Shown in pieces: positions 1 through 7,672 of a DNA stretch of 14,782 nt. This DNA comes from Armatimonadota bacterium (GTDB lineage Bacteria; Sysuimicrobiota; Sysuimicrobiia; Sysuimicrobiales; Humicultoraceae). The stretch spans positions 1 through 14,782 of the forward strand of contig JBQTJP010000313.1 in the NCBI GenBank assembly GCA_052386995.1. Reading direction: 5' to 3'. The notes beneath the pieces are model-generated. The model ran no database searches and was not told the DNA's origin. It saw nothing but the letters and a program-made list of their open reading frames with translations. Every line of letters starts with the position of its first letter. Within the stretch, counting starts at the first letter, position 1. The translations under genes and the position numbers were made by a program.

Positions 1-14
1 TAGGAGGACCCTCG

Positions 15-872
15 ATGCCTCCACACTCGCTCGGCTCGGGCACGATCTCGTTCGGCCTGGTCTCCATTCCTGTCAGGATGTACTCGGCCGCAGGCTCGGG
101 AACCGTTCGCTTCAACATGCTTCATGCTAAGTGCGGGACCCGCATCAAGCAGCAGCTGTTTTGCCCGAAAGATGAGGTCGTCGTGGATCGGGCCGATATC
201 GTGAAGGGCTACGAGCACGCCAAAGACCAGTACGTGCAGGTCACCGATGAGGAGCTCAAGGCGCTGGAAGGCGAAGCGTCGCAGATCATCGACATCGCCG
301 AGTTCGTGCCTCTCCCCAAGGTCGATCCGATTTACTTCGAGAACACGTACTACCTGGGCCCGGACAAGGGCGGGGAGAAGGCCTACCGTCTGCTCGCCGA
401 CGCTATGGCGAAATCCGACCGTGTGGCGCTCGCAAAGTTCGTCATGCGCGGCAAGGAGAGTCTGGTGATCATCCGGCCGGCCCAGGGCGGGTTGATGCTT
501 CACACGATGTACTTCGCCGACGAGGTTCGCGACTTCGGCGAGATCGACAAAGGACAGGATGCCAAGATCAAGAACGGCGAGTTGGACCTGGCCGTCCGGC
601 TGATCGACGAACTCTCCAATGGGGAGTTCAAGCCGGAGGAGTACAAAGATGAGTACCGGCTGCGGGTCATGGACATGGTCAACCAGAAGGTCGAAGGCAA
701 GGAAGTGACCCCGGTGGGACCGCACGTCCAGCGCGCCCAGGTCATCGATATCATGGACGCCTTGAAGCAGAGCCTCGCCAAGCGTGGTCCGAAGGAGAAG
801 CGGCCGCCGGCGGCAAAGACCAAGCGCGCGGAGGCGGCGCCTGAGAAGAGGGCCCAGGTTGCGAGGGGATGA
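15..872 (+). CDS. ku: Non-homologous end-joining protein Ku
   Basis: Bacterial Ku motifs: SGTISFGLVSIPV, IVKGYE, IIDIAEFVP..VDPIYFENTYYLGPD, AYRLLADAM, LHTMYFADEVR, FKPEEYKDEYR, VIDIMDALKQSL, plus a Lys/Arg/Ala-rich C-terminal tail. Shine-Dalgarno AGGAGG at 2-7. Confidence 0.97.
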   Translation: MPPHSLGSGTISFGLVSIPVRMYSAAGSGTVRFNMLHAKCGTRIKQQLFCPKDEVVVDRADIVKGYEHAKDQYVQVTDEELKALEGEASQIIDIAEFVPLPKVDPIYFENTYYLGPDKGGEKAYRLLADAMAKSDRVALAKFVMRGKESLVIIRPAQGGLMLHTMYFADEVRDFGEIDKGQDAKIKNGELDLAVRLIDELSNGEFKPEEYKDEYRLRVMDMVNQKVEGKEVTPVGPHVQRAQVIDIMDALKQSLAKRGPKEKRPPAAKTKRAEAAPEKRAQVARG

Positions 873-1708
873 CCCACTTCTCCACCCGCGAGGTGGCGAA
901 GATCCTCGCACTGCCGGAGGAGCGGATCCGGTCGTGCGTGCGGGCTGGCTTCCTGTCTCCCGAGCGGGGTCGCGGACGGCAGTACCAGTTCACCTTTGAA
1001 GATCTGCTCCTTCTAAAGACCACACGCGACCTGCTGAGCGCGCGCGTGCCGGTGGGCCGCATCCGTCGCATGTTGGGATCGCTGCGACGCCAGCTCCCCG
1101 ATGATCAACACCTGTCCAGCCTCACGATCTACGCCGACGGACGGCGTATCGTCGCCTGGGATGGGGACGCGCGCTGGCAGCCCGACTCCGGACAGTTTCT
1201 GTTCAATTTCGATGCCGGCGAACTGGCGGAGAGGGCTCCGCTGCCGGCCCCCATCGAACGCAGAGCGCCCTCGCTCCCGCGGCGTTCCGCCGATGAATGG
1301 CTTTCTCTTGCCCTTGAACTGGATCCGACTTCGCCTGACGAAGCCCGCCAGGCCTACGAGCGCGCCCTGGAAGAAGACCCCACACTCGCCGACGCCCACA
1401 TCAACCTTGGCCGCCTGTACCACGAGGCGAAAGATATCGTGCGGGCCGAGGTCCACTACCGTGCCGCGATCGCGCTTGCGTCGGACGACTCGATCGCGCA
1501 CTTCAACCTGGCCGTGCTGCTCGAGGACGTCGGGCGTCACCAGGAAGCCATCGGCGCCTACCAGCAGGCGATTGCGGCCGATCCCGATTTCGCCGATGCG
1601 CATTACAACCTGGGCCTCCTCTCTGAGGCGCTTGGCAGGCGGACCGAGGCGATTGGGCACCTGCGCACGGCCCGGACGCTGTACGGCCGTTCCCGCACGC
1701 GGCCCTAG
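869..1708 (+). CDS. MerR-like HTH + tetratricopeptide repeat protein
   Basis: N-terminus FSTREVAKILALPEERIRSCVRAGFLSP...QFTFEDLLLLK resembles a MerR-type winged HTH. C-terminus has about four TPRs (ADAHINLGRLYHE, IAHFNLAVLLED, ADAHYNLGLLSE). ATGA overlap with the ku stop at 869-872. Confidence 0.88.
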   Translation: MTHFSTREVAKILALPEERIRSCVRAGFLSPERGRGRQYQFTFEDLLLLKTTRDLLSARVPVGRIRRMLGSLRRQLPDDQHLSSLTIYADGRRIVAWDGDARWQPDSGQFLFNFDAGELAERAPLPAPIERRAPSLPRRSADEWLSLALELDPTSPDEARQAYERALEEDPTLADAHINLGRLYHEAKDIVRAEVHYRAAIALASDDSIAHFNLAVLLEDVGRHQEAIGAYQQAIAADPDFADAHYNLGLLSEALGRRTEAIGHLRTARTLYGRSRTRP

Positions 1709-1726
1709 ACGCCGCGGGCGCTGCGC

Positions 1727-2905
1727 GTGCTGAGTTCGCGCGGCGTGAACGCTCCTGGTGTCTCACGCGTCGGCGCGCTTGGCCTGGATCTCCTCGCCGG
1801 CGCGGTGGTCCTCCTCGCGGTTGCCCTCGCCCAGTCATCGTCTGCGGGTCCCCAGGTGCAGACCCAGGCCTTGGTGACTGGCCTGGCCAACCCTCTATAT
1901 TTGACGCACGCGGGGGACCAGTCGGGCCGCCTGTTCGTGGTGGAGCAGGCCGGGACGATCCGCGTGGTCCGCGGCGGCAGGCTTCTGCCGGCTCCCTTCC
2001 TGGATATCCGCAGCCGGGTCATCTCGGGCGGTGAGCTCGGACTGCTGAGCGTGGCTTTTCATCCGCGATACACGAGCAACGGCCGGTTGTTCGTGAACTA
2101 CACCGCGCGGCAGGGTACGCTGAGAACGGTCGTGGCCGAATACCGCGTCTCGCGCAACGACTCCAACCGGGCCGACCGCAGCGAACGCGTGATTCTGGAG
2201 ATCGAACAGCCCTATACAAACCACAACGGCGGCCTCAACCTCTTCGGCCCCGACGGCATGCTCTACATCGGCATGGGCGACGGCGGGTCGGGCGGCGATC
2301 CCCACGACAACGGCCAGCGTCTGGAGTCCCTGCTCGGCAAGCTCCTGCGCATCGACGTCGATGGGGGCCCGCCGTACGGCATCCCCGCCGGCAATCCGTT
2401 TCTGGGCCGAGCCGTCGCGCGTGACGAGATCTGGGCGTATGGCCTGCGCAACCCCTGGCGGTTTTCGTTCGATCGCCCCACCGGGCGGCTCTTCCTCGGC
2501 GACGTCGGTCAGAACGCCTGGGAGGAGATCGACCTCATCGAAAGAGGGCAAAACTACGGCTGGCGGATCATGGAAGGCGCGCACTGTTTCAATCCTCGGA
2601 CGAACTGCGACACCTCCGGCCTCACGCTGCCGATCGCCGAATACGCCAACGGACCGCTCGGGTGCTCCGTGACCGGCGGGCACGTCTACCGCGGCGGCCG
2701 CATCCGCACTCTGGTCGGCCGATATCTCTTCGGCGACTACTGCAGCGGCCGCGTGTGGTCGCTCACCGAGACCCGGGCCGGCCGGTGGAGTATGGCCTCG
2801 CTGCTCGAGACCGGATTGAGGATCAGTTCGTTCGGCGAGGACCAGAGCGGTGAGCTCTACGTGATCGACCACCGCGGCGTCATCCACGGGCTCGTGCCCA
2901 GGTAG
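1727..2905 (+). CDS. Secreted PQQ-dependent sugar dehydrogenase (glucose/sorbosone dehydrogenase family)
   Basis: Motifs RLFVVEQAG, GLLSVAFHP, NHNGG..FGPDGMLYIGMGDGG, LLGKLLRIDVD, EIWAYGLRNPWRFSFD, GDVGQNAWEEID, NYGW, ISSFGED. Hydrophobic signal-like segment LLAGAVVLLAVALA. The exact start codon is uncertain (several GTGs). Confidence 0.92.
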   Translation: MLSSRGVNAPGVSRVGALGLDLLAGAVVLLAVALAQSSSAGPQVQTQALVTGLANPLYLTHAGDQSGRLFVVEQAGTIRVVRGGRLLPAPFLDIRSRVISGGELGLLSVAFHPRYTSNGRLFVNYTARQGTLRTVVAEYRVSRNDSNRADRSERVILEIEQPYTNHNGGLNLFGPDGMLYIGMGDGGSGGDPHDNGQRLESLLGKLLRIDVDGGPPYGIPAGNPFLGRAVARDEIWAYGLRNPWRFSFDRPTGRLFLGDVGQNAWEEIDLIERGQNYGWRIMEGAHCFNPRTNCDTSGLTLPIAEYANGPLGCSVTGGHVYRGGRIRTLVGRYLFGDYCSGRVWSLTETRAGRWSMASLLETGLRISSFGEDQSGELYVIDHRGVIHGLVPR

Positions 2906-2919
2906 CCTACCCCAGGGCG

Positions 2920-3921
2920 ATGCGCTACTTCGTCACCGGAGGCACGGGGTTTATCGGCGGACGCGTCGCCCATCTGCTGGCGGCACAGGGACACGACGTG
3001 GTCGCTCTGGTCCGGCGACCGGCGGCCGCGCAAGAGCTTGCGGGCCCCGGCATCCGCCTCCATCCGGGAGACATCACCGACATCGACAGCATTCGGGATG
3101 GGATGCGGGGCGCCGATGGTGTCTTTCACATCGCGGCCTGGTACAAAGTCGGGGTCCGGGACAGCGCCGCCGCGGAGCGCATCAACGTCGAGGGCACGCG
3201 GAACGTCCTGCGGCTGCTGGGAGATCTCAAGATCCCCCGAGGAGTATACACGAGCACGCTCGCGGTCTTCGGCGACACGCGCGGCCGCGTCGTGGACGAG
3301 ACGTACCGGGCCGGAGGCCCGTGGCTGTCGGAGTACGACCGCACCAAGTGGAAGGCGCACTATGAGGTCGCGGAGCCGATGATGCGCGCAGGGCTCCCGC
3401 TTGTGATCGTCCAGCCGGGCCTCACGTATGGTCCCGGCGACGCCAGCACCCTCCGCGAGACGCTGGTGCAGTATCTTCGAGGCCGCCTGGGCATGCTGCC
3501 AGGGCGGACCGCGTACTGCTGGGGCCATGTAGACGATACCGTCAGGGGCCACATTCAGGCGATGGAGCGGGGAGCGGTGGGTGCATCCTACATCATCGCC
3601 GGCCCGCCGCACACGGTGATCGAAGCCTTCACGGCTGCCGAGCGCCTGACCGGGATCAAGGCGCCGCGATGGCACGTCGCCCCAGGGTTGATGCGCCTTG
3701 CGGCGGGACTGGTGCGCCCCGTAGATATGATTGTTGCTCTCCCGCCCCTGTATGCCTCCGAGACTCTTAGGGTGATGGCGGGGGTCACCTACCTCGGCAG
3801 CAACGCCCGGGCCGTTCGTGAGCTCGGGTTCGCCGCTCGGCCCCTGGCCGACGGCCTGCGTGACACTCTGGCGCATGAGATGCGACTGCTGGGAATCCCG
3901 CCCCGAACCCGCGCATCCTGA
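2920..3921 (+). CDS. NAD-dependent epimerase/dehydratase (extended SDR, dihydroflavonol-reductase/HpnA-like)
   Basis: Rossmann motif VTGGTGFIG, GDITD, VFHIAAWY, NVEGTRNVL, YTST, catalytic YxxxK (YDRTK), YGPGD, HVDD. Confidence 0.92.
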   Translation: MRYFVTGGTGFIGGRVAHLLAAQGHDVVALVRRPAAAQELAGPGIRLHPGDITDIDSIRDGMRGADGVFHIAAWYKVGVRDSAAAERINVEGTRNVLRLLGDLKIPRGVYTSTLAVFGDTRGRVVDETYRAGGPWLSEYDRTKWKAHYEVAEPMMRAGLPLVIVQPGLTYGPGDASTLRETLVQYLRGRLGMLPGRTAYCWGHVDDTVRGHIQAMERGAVGASYIIAGPPHTVIEAFTAAERLTGIKAPRWHVAPGLMRLAAGLVRPVDMIVALPPLYASETLRVMAGVTYLGSNARAVRELGFAARPLADGLRDTLAHEMRLLGIPPRTRAS

Positions 3922-3937
3922 AAACTGGACGTCTAGG

Positions 3938-3964
3938 GGAATTCTGCGATGCAGCGCCCACGTT
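3938..3964 (+). promoter_or_regulatory. Possible ECF-sigma-type promoter upstream of the Vgb-like gene
   Basis: GGAATT (3938-3943), 17 nt spacer, CGTT (3961-3964) in the intergenic gap. Resembles GGAAY...GTT ECF promoters, but short motifs can occur by chance. Confidence 0.3.
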
Positions 3965-4000
3965 CCACGGTCAACGTCTCGCTGGCGGGAGGGATCACCA

Positions 4001-4993
4001 ATGCGGGGCAGCACCCTTCTATTCCCGGCAACCGCGCTCGTGATCTGTGCGCTCTGGTCGCTGGCCGTGCCAGCAGGTCAAACCCGGGCTCAGCAGCCGC
4101 AGGGCGTCCAGGAATACACGGTGCCGGCAGGATCGCGGCCCCACGACGTGGCGCCCGCCACCGACGGCGGTGTGTGGTACACCGCGCAGGGCAGCGGCGA
4201 GCTGGGCCGCCTCGATCCCAGGACGGGCGCCACCCGACATATCAAGCTCGGCGATGGGTCGGCGCCGCACGGGGTCATCGTCGGTCCGGATGGAGCGCCG
4301 TGGATCACCGATGGCGGCCTCAACGCCATCGTGCGGGTAGACTCATCCACCGCAGAGGTCCTGCGGTTTCCGCTCCCCGCAGGCCGGGAGCGGGCCAACC
4401 TCAACACGGCCACGTTCGACCGGCGGGGGATCCACTGGTTCACCGGGCAGAATGGGATCTATGGTCGCCTCGACCCTGCGAACGGCCAGATGCGGGTGTT
4501 CGATGCTCCTCGCGGGCGCGGTCCCTACGGCATCTCTACCGCGCCGGATGGCACCGTGTACTATGCATCACTCGCGGGTAATCACATTGCGCGGATCGAT
4601 CCTGCGACCGGCGCCGCGACGGTGATCGAGCCGCCGACGCCAAATCAAGGCGCACGCCGCGTCTGGCCGGACTCACGCGGCCGCATCTGGGTCAGCGAAT
4701 GGAACAGCGGCCAGGTCAGCGTGTACGAGCCGGCGACGGGACGCTGGCGTCAGTGGCGCCTGCCGGGCGAGGGCCCACGTGCGTATGCCGTGTACGTGGA
4801 CAACCGAGACATGGTGTGGCTCACGGACTTTGGGACGAATGCACTCGTCCGGTTTGATCCGACCTCTGAGTCCTTCCAGGTTTTTCGGCTGCCGAGTCCG
4901 AACTCTAACGTCCGACAGCTCCTGGGTCGGCCCGGTGAAGTCTGGGGGGCCTCCTCAGGTGTGGACAAACTCGTGGTAGTACGCACTCCGTGA
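4001..4993 (+). CDS. Secreted Vgb (virginiamycin B lyase)-family beta-propeller protein
   Basis: Start reassigned to ATG 4001, with GGGAGG upstream and a signal peptide MRGSTLLFPATALVICALWSLAVPA. About 42-aa repeats: PHDVAPATDGGVWYT, PHGVIVGPDGAPWIT, PYGISTAPDGTVYYA, ARRVWPDSRGRIWVSE, AYAVYVDNRDMVWLTD. Confidence 0.85.
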   Translation: MRGSTLLFPATALVICALWSLAVPAGQTRAQQPQGVQEYTVPAGSRPHDVAPATDGGVWYTAQGSGELGRLDPRTGATRHIKLGDGSAPHGVIVGPDGAPWITDGGLNAIVRVDSSTAEVLRFPLPAGRERANLNTATFDRRGIHWFTGQNGIYGRLDPANGQMRVFDAPRGRGPYGISTAPDGTVYYASLAGNHIARIDPATGAATVIEPPTPNQGARRVWPDSRGRIWVSEWNSGQVSVYEPATGRWRQWRLPGEGPRAYAVYVDNRDMVWLTDFGTNALVRFDPTSESFQVFRLPSPNSNVRQLLGRPGEVWGASSGVDKLVVVRTP

Positions 4994-5985
4994 CGGTGTG
5001 GGCCATGCCCCTGTCCTTCTTATGGCCGAGCGTGTTGTGGGCGCTGCTGCTCATTCCCCTCTTTGGGCTCATCTATAGGGCGGTCCTCCGACGCCGGGTG
5101 CGCCATGCCGTGCTGTTCTCCGACGGCGCTCTGGCAGCCGCGGCCGCTGCCACCGCAAAGCCGCTAAGGCGCCATCTCGCGGCGGCCATCTTCCTGGTCG
5201 GCCTCGCCGCGATCATCGCAGCAGCGGCCCGGCCCGAGGCGCCAATGTCCGTTCCCGCCGACCGTTCCACCATCATGCTTGCGATTGACTGTAGCGGGAG
5301 CATGCGCTCGCAGGACGTCCTGCCGAACAGGCTGAGCGCCGCGCAGGAGGCGGCGAAGACATTCATCCGGACCGTACCGCCGACCGTCCGTGTCGGCCTG
5401 GTGAGCTTCGCAGGCTACGCCACGCTGCTGGTGCCGCCGGGAACAGATAATCGTCAGCGCCTGGTCGAAGCTATCGACGGCTTGCAGTTCATCCGCCGCA
5501 CCGCGATCGGAGAGGGCCTGTTGGAAGCAGTGGCTGCGCTGCCTGGACGCGTTCGCCCCGGGCCCGACGGGACGCTGCCGCCGATCCCCCCGGGCCCTAA
5601 ATCCCCCGCGGTCGTCATTCTGTTGTCTGATGGGCGCAGCAACACCGGAATCGATTCTCACGTTGCCACAGCCATCGCCCGTCAGCAGGAAGTGATGCTG
5701 TATACGGTCGGCGTGGGCCAGCCCCTCACCCCCAACGGCGGGTGGACGATCGGCGGTCCACTCGATGAGGAGGAGCTGCAGGCGATCGCGAGGGAGGCGG
5801 GGGGCCGCTATTTCCGGGCGACGTCCGCTGATGGGCTGCGGGAAGTGTACCAAAGGCTGGCTCGCACCGTCGGCTGGGAGAAGAAGCCCCAAGAAGTCAC
5901 CGGGCTGGTGGGGGCTCTTGGTGGACTCATCGTGATCCTGGCCATCGTGACCTCGCGGCTCCTGACCCATCCAGTACGCATTTAG
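4990..5985 (+). CDS. VWA-domain membrane protein (BatA-like N-terminus)
   Basis: SFLWPSVLWALLLIP BatA-type N-terminal helix, AAARP, MIDAS DxSxS (IDCSGSM), TAIGEGL, ILLSDG, YTVGVG, LDEEELQAIA..GGRYFRA, C-terminal TM helix. Start is GTG 4990 (overlapping the upstream TGA) or ATG 5005. Confidence 0.92.
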   Translation: MTVWAMPLSFLWPSVLWALLLIPLFGLIYRAVLRRRVRHAVLFSDGALAAAAAATAKPLRRHLAAAIFLVGLAAIIAAAARPEAPMSVPADRSTIMLAIDCSGSMRSQDVLPNRLSAAQEAAKTFIRTVPPTVRVGLVSFAGYATLLVPPGTDNRQRLVEAIDGLQFIRRTAIGEGLLEAVAALPGRVRPGPDGTLPPIPPGPKSPAVVILLSDGRSNTGIDSHVATAIARQQEVMLYTVGVGQPLTPNGGWTIGGPLDEEELQAIAREAGGRYFRATSADGLREVYQRLARTVGWEKKPQEVTGLVGALGGLIVILAIVTSRLLTHPVRI

Positions 5986-5995
5986 CTGCAACACC

Positions 5996-6637
5996 GTGTC
6001 TGGTCGCTCTCCTGCCGGGTCGCTGCGCGTGCTGATCGTCGCCGATGATGCCCTCGCGCGGGCCGGCCTCTTCTCGCTCATCGCCGATCAGCCCGGCGCC
6101 GCTATCGTGGGGCAGACCTCTGCGAATCCGCATCTGGATGCCTCGGTCGCGGCCTCGAATCCTGATGTGCTCGTCTGGGACCTCGGGCTGGAAACCAGAA
6201 CCGCGCTCGACCGCTTGAGACGCCTCGAAGTGTCGACTCCTCCGGTGCTCGCGTTGCTGCCGGAACGAACCGATGCCGCCGCGATCCTGGCCTCCGGGGC
6301 TCGCGGGTGCCTGGCGCGCGATGTCGATGGGGTGCGTCTCATGACGGCTGCGCGTGCCCTGGCGGAAGGGCTGCTAGTCATCGATCCGGATGTGGCCCCG
6401 ATGCCTCTGTCCCGCGATCTGGAATCCCTATCGCTCGCTGAACACCTGACGCCCCGCGAGATCGACGTCCTGCAGTTGCTGGCCGAGGGACTGGCGAACA
6501 AGACGATCGGTCAACGGCTGGGCATCAGCGAGCACACCGTCAGGTTTCACGTGAATGCCATCCTCGGCAAACTCGGCGCGCGCAGCCGGACCGACGCCGT
6601 GACCCGCGCGGCCCGGGCCGGACTGATCATTCTCTGA
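5996..6637 (+). CDS. NarL/LuxR-family response regulator with atypical receiver domain
   Basis: Receiver-like RVLIVADDALARAGL and PDVLVWDLG. LuxR HTH LTPREIDVLQLLAEGLANKTIGQRLGISEHTVRFHVNAILGKLGARSRTDAV. Confidence 0.93.
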   Translation: MSGRSPAGSLRVLIVADDALARAGLFSLIADQPGAAIVGQTSANPHLDASVAASNPDVLVWDLGLETRTALDRLRRLEVSTPPVLALLPERTDAAAILASGARGCLARDVDGVRLMTAARALAEGLLVIDPDVAPMPLSRDLESLSLAEHLTPREIDVLQLLAEGLANKTIGQRLGISEHTVRFHVNAILGKLGARSRTDAVTRAARAGLIIL

Positions 6638-6677
6638 TCACCATCTGATCGACTGACCCGTCCTGATAGACTGCCCG
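6623..6677 (+). repeat. Clustered CTGAT direct repeats, candidate regulator-binding sites
   Basis: CTGATC at 6623, 6634 and 6645 (11-bp spacing). Imperfect repeat CTGATCGACTGACCCG (6645-6660) / CTGATAGACTGCCCG (6663-6677). A -10-like TATGCT lies at 6719-6724. Confidence 0.5.
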
Positions 6678-6748
6678 GCCCTCTCCAAACCGCTGATGTG
6701 CGATCCGGCCGCGCCTCGTATGCTCGGAGGCACGGAGGTGTGAAACCA

Positions 6749-7648
6749 ATGGATGTGCTGTTGAGCATTTCTCAGGGACTGGCCGGCATCGTCGAGGCTA
6801 TCGGCCCGTCGGTCGTCAGGGTGGAAGCGCGTGCCCGCGTGCCGGCGAGCGGCATCGCGTGGTCCGCCGACGGGACCGTGGTGACGGCCGATCACGGCGT
6901 CGATCGCGAGGAGGGAATACAGGTCGGTCTCTCTGACGGGCGGGTCTTGCCCGCGCACCTGATCGGGCGCGATCCTACCACTGATATCGCTGTCCTGCGG
7001 GTTGAAGAAGGCGGCCTTACCCCTCCCGAGTGGGTTGAGGCGAGCAGTATCCAGGTCGGCCATCTGGGCGTGGCCCTGGCCCGGCCCGGTCGCAGCGTCC
7101 GCGCGAACCTCGGCATCGTCAGCGCGGTCGGGGAGGCGTGGCGGACGCCGGCCGGGGGCGAAGTCGCACGCTATGTGGAGGTCGACGTCTCCATGCAGGC
7201 CGGGTTCTCCGGCGGACCGCTCGCCAGCGTGGGCGGGAAGGTGTTGGGACTCAACACGACGGGCCTGCTGCGCCGGCGGGTGGTCACGGTGCCTGCGGCC
7301 ACGCTGCGCCGCGTCGTAGAGACGCTGCTGGCACACGGGCGGATCCCAAAAGGCTACCTCGGCATCGGCGCCCAGCCGGTGAGGTTGCCGGCCGACCTGG
7401 CGGGACGCCTGGGGCAGCGAACCGGGCTGATGGTACTCTCCGTTGAAGCCGGGAGCCCCGGAGAGCACGGCGGGCTGCACCTGGGCGATGTCGTCGTCTC
7501 GGTCGAGGGGAGTCCGGTCCGCCATCTCGAAGATCTTCTCATCGTGTTGAGCGCGGACAAGATCGGTTCTTCGATGAACGTGAGCCTCATCCGCGCTGGA
7601 CAGCTGCAGACGGTGGCGGTGACGGTCGGCGAGCGCGCATCGTCGTAG
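6749..7648 (+). CDS. S1C (HtrA/DegP-like) trypsin-like serine protease with one C-terminal PDZ domain, no signal peptide
   Basis: Start reassigned to ATG 6749 behind GGAGGTG (6734-6740). Catalytic triad: VVTADH, DPTTDIAVLRV, GFSGGPL. PDZ: GYLGI...VEAGSPGEHGGLHLGDVVVSVEG. Confidence 0.93.
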   Translation: MDVLLSISQGLAGIVEAIGPSVVRVEARARVPASGIAWSADGTVVTADHGVDREEGIQVGLSDGRVLPAHLIGRDPTTDIAVLRVEEGGLTPPEWVEASSIQVGHLGVALARPGRSVRANLGIVSAVGEAWRTPAGGEVARYVEVDVSMQAGFSGGPLASVGGKVLGLNTTGLLRRRVVTVPAATLRRVVETLLAHGRIPKGYLGIGAQPVRLPADLAGRLGQRTGLMVLSVEAGSPGEHGGLHLGDVVVSVEGSPVRHLEDLLIVLSADKIGSSMNVSLIRAGQLQTVAVTVGERASS

Positions 7649-7672
7649 AACCGCGAAGGAGGCCGGCGCTCA

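Noticed and set aside
15..872. Phage-type Ku or a prophage/mobile element
   Set aside because: The protein has the C-terminal DxxxALKxSL helix and basic tail of cellular Ku. No integrase, transposase, phage structural gene or att-like repeat is visible.
4001..4993. Calling this gene vgb (streptogramin B resistance)
   Set aside because: It has a signal peptide and lacks the last-blade E-P-H/Glu catalytic signature, so only the fold family is supported.
6623..6700. CRISPR-like or iteron array
   Set aside because: The repeats are only 5-16 nt, degenerate and lack spacers, and there is no cas or rep gene.
1013..7525. Long antisense ORFs (1013-1660, 1895-2887, 2857-4014, 5164-6081, 6638-7525)
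   Set aside because: They shadow well-supported + strand genes, have no recognisable motifs, and are expected in high-GC DNA with few stop codons.
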